Shown in pieces: positions 50,798-57,194 of a stretch of DNA of 57,194 bases. Position 1 is the stretch's first letter. Every line of letters begins with the position of its first letter. Origin of the DNA: Girardia tigrina (Eukaryota). The stretch lies in contig MQRK01244678.1 in the NCBI GenBank assembly GCA_001938485.1, forward strand, positions 1 to 57,194. Reading direction: 5' to 3'. Both the position numbers and the translations under genes were made by a program. A model generated the notes under the pieces. It was given only the letters and a program-made list of their open reading frames with translations, was not told the origin of the DNA and did no database searches.

Positions 50798-52595
50798 CCG
50801 TGCGATTCATAAGTCGTCGTCTCAAGATATGGAACTATACTGCGATGTAATGTAAAACTTTTTGAATATGAAATAAATGTATTACAACATGGTTTTTTAC
50901 GCAGTACAACTTGAAGACATGAAAAGAAAAAGGTTTTACAATAATTGTTCAAAATGTTCACCATTTTTCTGCAAACACAGATTGCATCGCTCCACAAAAT
51001 TCGTGTACCATTTTCGAATGATGCGGTGATCAATGTCTGACATCACTCTAGAAATGGCGTCTTGTAGTTCGTCGAGGTTCAGATAGTTATTTTCGATGGC
51101 GTAAACTCGATCTTTCACGTAACTCCATAGCCAGAAGTCAGGTATCGTCAAATTGGGAGACTGAGGTGGCCATTCCTGGGGTCCTCTACGACCAATCCAT
51201 CTTTGTGGGAAATGTTCATCCAGCCACGTTCGCGCTGCAATGCTGAAATGCGGGGATGCGCCATCATGTTGATACCAGTGTTGCATGTTATCCCCAACAA
51301 AAGGCAGCAACTTTTGATTCAGAACGTCGACATATCGTACCTGGTTCATTGTTTCATGGATAATACTGAAAGTAATTCCAAAGTCGTAGGAAACAGCTAG
51401 CCAAACAGTTAATCCCGGCGATTTCATAGGCACACGAATCAAACAATGTTCATTCTCTTCAGAATAATAAAAAAGATTATGCTTTCGCACATGACCATTA
51501 AGGTAAAACGATGCTTCATCAGAAAAAATAATTCTTCTGCAAAATTGGTGCCATTTTCGTTGATTATTCAAGAACAAAATTCAATTCTTCGATATGGAAC
51601 ATCTTCTTGTTGAAAAGAAAACTTGAAAGGCTTTACCTTTTCTTGCTTGAGGTAATGATGAACAGAACTCTGCGAAGTACCAAGGACACGTGCAACCCGT
51701 CGTTGATTTGCAGTATCGTTTTCTTTCACATACTGAACCATACTTTCCTTCATGTGTTCATCAGATGGTCTTCCTGATCGCGGTTTTGATGACAAATTCC
51801 CCGTTTCTTCGAATTTCTTCTTCCAATGCTGAACCGTTGTTCTCAGTGGCGGTTCACGTTTGAAACGCTCTTTAAATATTTGACACGCTTTTGTGCAGCT
51901 TTCATAAACGATTGCATGACTAGTGATAAAAACTTTATCTTTGATAGAAAATTCGACATTTCCACTTGTTTCAGCACTTGTACTGGCAGTTGGCGCATTT
52001 GAATAAAAGTGAAAGTACACAAACTAATATCAGACATTTAAAATTTCAATTTCATAGATATTGAATAACCGGATAATCAATCAATAGGCCAGTTTAAATC
52101 GCTAAGTTTAAATAAAATTGGAATAATTAAAGTGATCATAAGATTATAGAGACGAATAAAGAACCTTAATACTAATTTTATATATTTTATGAAAATAAAA
52201 AATATATTAAATACAAAAATATATAAACCATTTATCATCAGAATGTAGAAAGTTTAAAAAAGAAAACATAAAACAATCAAAGGAATATAATTGAATATGA
52301 AAGTCTGCAGAAAACCATAGCTTTTCTTTGTTTTGTAAGAGAAAAGGTTGAGTCAGACATCGATTACCGCATCATTCGAAAATGCTACACAAATTTTGTG
52401 GAGCGATGCAATCTGTGTTTGCAGAAAAATGGTGAACATTTTGAACAATTATTGTAAAACCTTTTTCTTTTCATGTCTTCAAGTTGTACTGCGTAAAAAA
52501 CCATGTTGTAATACATTTATTTCATATTCAAAAAGTTTTACATTACATCGCAGTATAGTTCCATATCTTGAGACGACGACTTATGAATCGCACGG
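50798..52595 (-). mobile_element. DD41D (rosa/long-TIR type) Tc1/mariner element
   Basis: TA-CCGTGCGATTCATAAGTCGTCG... TIRs of ~243 bp (50798-51040 vs 52352-52595), each flanked by TA. Confidence 0.93.
50936..52020 (-). pseudogene. DD41D transposase with a frameshift at ~51575; start uncertain
   Basis: KKFEETG....PRSGRP, IIFSDEASF, QHDGASPH and WPPQSPNLTIPDFWLWSYVK. There are 41 residues between the second and third Asp. Confidence 0.9.
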
Positions 52596-53028
52596 TATAT
52601 TTCCTCTACTGGATCTTCTTCCAATGCATTGTCATTTGGATGTTCATTTCCTGGGAAGCGATTCTTCATATTCATTATTAAGAACATTTAAACAAGTCAT
52701 GTTTGAATCTTTATTGCAATTACATTTAGAGTCATTAAAACTCTCAGAAGGACTTTCATCGTTTGTCATCGTTCTAATTGCTTTTCTTATTTCTGTTTTT
52801 AATCATGATTATTCGAACAATTTTTCTAAATTATTTTTTTAAATATTTGAACCCTAAAAAATATTAATTAAAAATATTAATTTTTATCATTTTCAATAAA
52901 TCCCAAAATAATAAAAATGTCATCAAATTATTAAAAATGCATTTAATTTAAATTTTACTAAAAATTATTAAACTTGATTTTAATTGTTTAATTAAAATTA
53001 TGAACTTATAAAATTATTATTTTAATTA

Positions 53029-53175
53029 TGTTCGAATAGTCAATCACTTTAAATTTAATAAAAAATACCCATTTCTATCTGGGTAGGAGAATCAACATTC
53101 TAAATTCAATATACTTAAATCAACATTCCGCATCCATACATTTACACATTCAAACAATTTAAAATATTCCTCACA
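53029..53175 (-). repeat. Putative short 3' LTR of the Gypsy element
   Basis: PPT AAACAGAGGGGGA directly precedes TGTGAGG on the minus strand; candidate end TTCGAACA. Confidence 0.55.
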
Positions 53176-56100
53176 TCCCCCTCTGTTTAAATGGCTTTAG
53201 CCATTCTACATTTCTGATCAAGATCCTGCCGTCATCTAGTTGTATCTCATAACTTCTTCCATGTCTTTGCTTTATAATTTTAGCTGGTCCCATATAACGG
53301 TCATCATCTTTTGATGGGTTAACTTTCTTTATCAAGACTTTATCTCTGACCTGAAATATTCGTTTTGTTTCAATTATATTTTTATTTGCTTTTTCTCGAA
53401 TTTTTCCTTCTGCTGTAGTTTTCCACCAATGTCTTAGTTTTCTTCCGAAGATTATCTCGGCTGGAGATATTCCAGTTGTTGCTTGGATTGTACCGTTTAA
53501 CATGAATTCTATTTCTGCCAACATTTCTACCCAATCTCTATGCATTTCATCCTTTAATCGTAAATTTATGGCGTCTCTTATTGTTCTGAATTGTCTTTCT
53601 ATCTTAGAAAGACTATTTCAATAGACTATCTCCGAATTAAATCTTTTCGTCGTTTCTTTAAAGAGTGCTGATTCAAAATTTTTCCCGCTATCAACGTGTA
53701 TCTCCTTTGGTGGTCCGAATTTCCAAATCCATTTATCCAATAGTACCTTCCGTGTAGTCTTCTCGTCTTGGTGTGCCACTGGTGTCAAGCTGATGTACCT
53801 ACTAAATTGATCGATTATTGCTAAAATGTATTGGTATCCATTCATAGTCCTTCTGAATGGTCCGCAAAAGTCCATGTAAATTTTTTGAAATGGTTCGTCG
53901 GCAGATTGTTTAATGTGTTTCTCTTTCGTTTTTGCCGTCATCGTTTTCCTTTTCTGACAGTTTGCGCAAATTTGTACGATGTTCTTTATTTGTTGTCTCA
54001 TTTCATACATATCGAAGTCATCTTTTATGTAATTATAAACTTTCTTACTTTCTGCGTGGCATAATATTTTATGTATATCTTCTATAAAGTCTGTTCTCTT
54101 CTTCCGAGGGATCCAATATTTGTTATCTCTTGTCGTCAAGATATTGTTTTTTAGAAGCCATTCTTTTGTCTTTCCCATTCTAATATTTTCTTTAATCTGT
54201 TCTATTTCTTTATCATTCGTCTGCCAAATGAACTCTTCTGAATCTTCAGTTAAGGCAGGGATTCTAGTTTTAACTTTTTCTTTTTTAGCGTCATCGTGCA
54301 TTGTCTGACATTGTACACATATTTCATATGTATTTCTTGACATTGCGTCTACATTAGTGTGTTTTTCGCCCTTGCGGTATTCCATCCTCATGTCTAGTCC
54401 ACTAAGGAAGTTTATCCAAGTTTGGAAATGTGCAGTTATTGGGTTCTTCGTTGTCATCTTGAATGTGATGGCCTTATGGTCCATTCTAAGTAGAAACTTC
54501 TTTCCGTATAAGAAATGTTTGAAGTGTTGGGTAAAGTAATAGATAAAGTAATAATTCTTTTCTTGTAATACAGTATCCCAGATCGTGTTTGTTCATCTTG
54601 TGGGATCCATATGCAATTACTCTTTCCCTTCCGTATACATCCTTCTGTGTCAGTACTGCCCCGATTGTATCAAAACTGGCATCTGTATCCAGTATAAACT
54701 CCTTTTCGAAATCTGGATATGCTAGTATCGGTGTTTTTGTCATTTTATCTTTTAATGTCTGAAATGCTTCGTCACATTCCTTTGTCCATGTCAATTTCCT
54801 ATCTTTATTTTTTCCACATAGCCCTCCAGTATTTTTGAATATTTTGCATAATCCTTCAAAAATTTTCTATAATAGTTCGTTAGCCCCAAGAAACTTTTTA
54901 AATGTTTAATGCATGAAGGATTTTGAAATTTGTCGATTGCTTCAATTTTCTTTTAATCCGTTTCTATACCATCTTTGCTCACGACATATCCTAAAAATTT
55001 TGTCTTTTCTACCATGAATTGACACTTTTCAGGGTTTATCCGAAAGCCCGATTCTTTAATCTTTTGAAATATGTGTTCGACTCATGTAAAATGTTCTTCT
55101 TTGTCTTTTGCAAAGATTGGAATATCGTCCAGGTATAAAACTGCTTCTTTCCAGTTTAATTCTCCTAACACTCTTGTCATTAGTTCTTGAAATGTAACTG
55201 GGGCAGCTGCAATTCCGAATGGCATTCTTTTAAAACAATATTGGCCGTTCTTTGTCGAAAATGCAGATTTTAATTTTGAATCGTTCTCCAATTCAACTTG
55301 ATGATATGCACTCCCCAAGTCGATCGTGCTGAAGTATTTCGCTCAATTTAATGTATTTAGCATTTCATCTACATTTGGCATTGGAAACGCTGGTCTAATT
55401 GTGACTTTATTTAATTGTCGAAAATCAACACATACTCGGATATCCTGTTTGTGTTTTTTCCATACGCATACTAGCGGAAAATTCCACGGCGAATTGCATA
55501 TTTCAATGATATCATTTTCCTCATAGTTCTTGATAATATCATCTAGTTTTTTCCTCAAAGTTTTTTGGTTTTCGGTATGGTTTTACCAATATTGGTTCTC
55601 CTTGTGTTTCAATTTTATGCTTAGTTAGTGTGGTCTTCCCTATATCCCATTTATCCGCCATAAATATCGTTTTAATATTCTATTAGTAATTTCATTAATG
55701 GTTCATCTATCTTATCTGCGTATATTTCCCTTAATCTTTTAAGTCTGTCCCCATCAGTTAAAGTATCGCGTATTACCAGCACTATTTCGTTGTATCGTGT
55801 TTCTTTCTTTAATTTTATGCTAAATTTATTTAAAAAATCTGTCCACTGTTTTCTGTATTCTTTCAATCTTAATGTTTAGTTGTACTATTCTGTAATTTAC
55901 TAGTTCCGAATCGTTAGCACAGTGTATATGTCTTTTTATCTCCTTTATTTTGATATATTCCATATTTTTGAGTATGTCTATTTTAATTACATTGAATCGT
56001 GCTCCCGTAACCAATAGACATCGTACTTTTTCATTCTTTATTTGAAATTCTATACTAGGTCTCCCTTTCAGTTCTTCGTATTCTATTTTAAACTTTGATA

Positions 56101-56677
56101 TTTTCATTATCTCTGTTCTTCTTTCTTCATCTTTTTCTGTGATCAAACTTTCCCATTTCTCATTGTGTATTTCGTTTTCACCATCTAATATACACAATTC
56201 CTGAGGAATATGTTCAACAGCATCCCATACACAACAAATGTCGTCATACAAACAATCATTCATACAGTCAAACATACACATACATTCGTTTCTTAGTGAA
56301 GTGCATTGATCACTTCTCCCTGTGACCGTGCCTCCTCGTTTCCCTGTTCGTCTCTGAAATTTTTCTTGTTTGTAATATTTTCTCTTCTTGTTAGCCTTCC
56401 TCTTTTATTCGATCTTTCCGACATTATTTCCCACTCGTCATCGAAATCTTCTAATTCTGCTACTTTGTCTCTTCTATTCGTATATCCCATCCGACCTCTG
56501 TACTGTGTGTTTGTGTATTCTTTTCGTTCATTTCTTCTTTTCATTGTATCTCCTCTTCCAGATTGTTCGCCTTCTCTAAATCTGTTTGGATTTTCATAAC
56601 ATTGTCTTTTTACATGCCCTTTCTTATTACAATGGTTACATTTAACATTTTGACATTCCCGTCTCACATGTCCTTCT
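53171..56677 (-). mobile_element. Ty3/Gypsy gag-pol, frameshifted
   Basis: CCHC knuckle CNHCNKKGHVKRQC, protease LLVTGA (D>V), RT (SPWNFPL, RVCVDFRQLN, MPFG, YLDD), RNase H (LDTDAS), integrase (H..LCH, C..CQ, MDFCGP, IIDQFSRY) and YMGPAKI, in Gypsy order. Confidence 0.95.
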
Positions 56678-57194
56678 TGTTACGACCACGATTTGAAGGA
56701 AACCCTCCTTCACAACCCCCATCCTGTACGCCCGAGATCATTGGAGAAAGTTTTGAGGACAGTCTAACTCGACTGTCCTCGGTTAAGTTTAAATTNNNNN
56801 NNNNNNNNNNNNNNNNNNNNNNNNNNNNNNNNNNNNNNNNNNNNNNNNNNNNNNNNNNNNNNNNNNNNNNNNNNNNNNNNNNNNNNNNNNNNNNNNNNNN
56901 NNNNNNNNNNNNNNNNNNNNNNNNNNNNNNNNNNNNNNNNNNTTACTTAAAAGAATTTCCCCGAGATAGTGGGTGGCCGACCTACGATGGGAATAGAAAG
57001 ATAAGAAAAGATAAAACAAGATAAAGAGCAGTCTTACCCATAAACCTGCCAGGAAGGTGCATCCTGGCGTCCTTGTTTTTGATTTGAAATTTCCGTGCGA
57101 AAGTGCACTCTGGCGCCTTTTTGGTCAGCTGAAAATCAAAGGTATAAATACCAATGATTTCCAGCACGCAATTTTACTCCTTCTTTTCTTATTC
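56678..57194. mobile_element. Probable LTR end of another element inserted into the Gypsy gag
   Basis: gag homology stops at TGTTACGACCACG, similar to the TGTCACGACCC terminus at 47598. A GC-richer hairpin-containing sequence follows. Confidence 0.5.

Noticed and set aside
52348-52842. 164-aa ORF, and its 82-aa twin at 50785-51033, as a duplicated gene
   Set aside because: Both are alternative-frame readings of the DD41D TIRs.

Overview
AT-rich eukaryotic scaffold, most likely a triclad planarian (Dugesiidae-like). This rests on a decayed 18S rDNA fragment with triclad-like motifs, short introns and the TE repertoire. The only host gene I can assemble is a + strand ARHGAP39/Vilse-like MyTH4-RhoGAP gene: six exons (~13885-43723) with phase-compatible GT-AG junctions, a polyQ/polyM linker and no visible WW domains. 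The window opens with a lesioned HSP90 N-terminal fragment that runs into a gap. Most of the remainder is transposon-derived: hAT MITEs and a nested hAT pair, a DD34D mariner, a Tc1, pogo/Tigger MITEs, Helentron-type (DINE/HINE-like) repeats, two Chapaev3-like relics, a BEL/Pao relic, a DD41D element with ~243-bp TIRs and a Gypsy element. Three things stand out. (i) A Penelope-like element is nested inside another, giving four outward-facing hammerhead ribozyme motifs of two types; a fifth motif lies at 42.1 kb. (ii) A ~2.9-kb LTR-like unit appears to carry a multi-intron non-coding transcript antisense to its own promoter, plus a pseudoknot near its end. (iii) The DD41D TIR duplicates the 3' end of its own transposase in antisense. 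None is proven to be a new system; all calls were made by eye without database searches.
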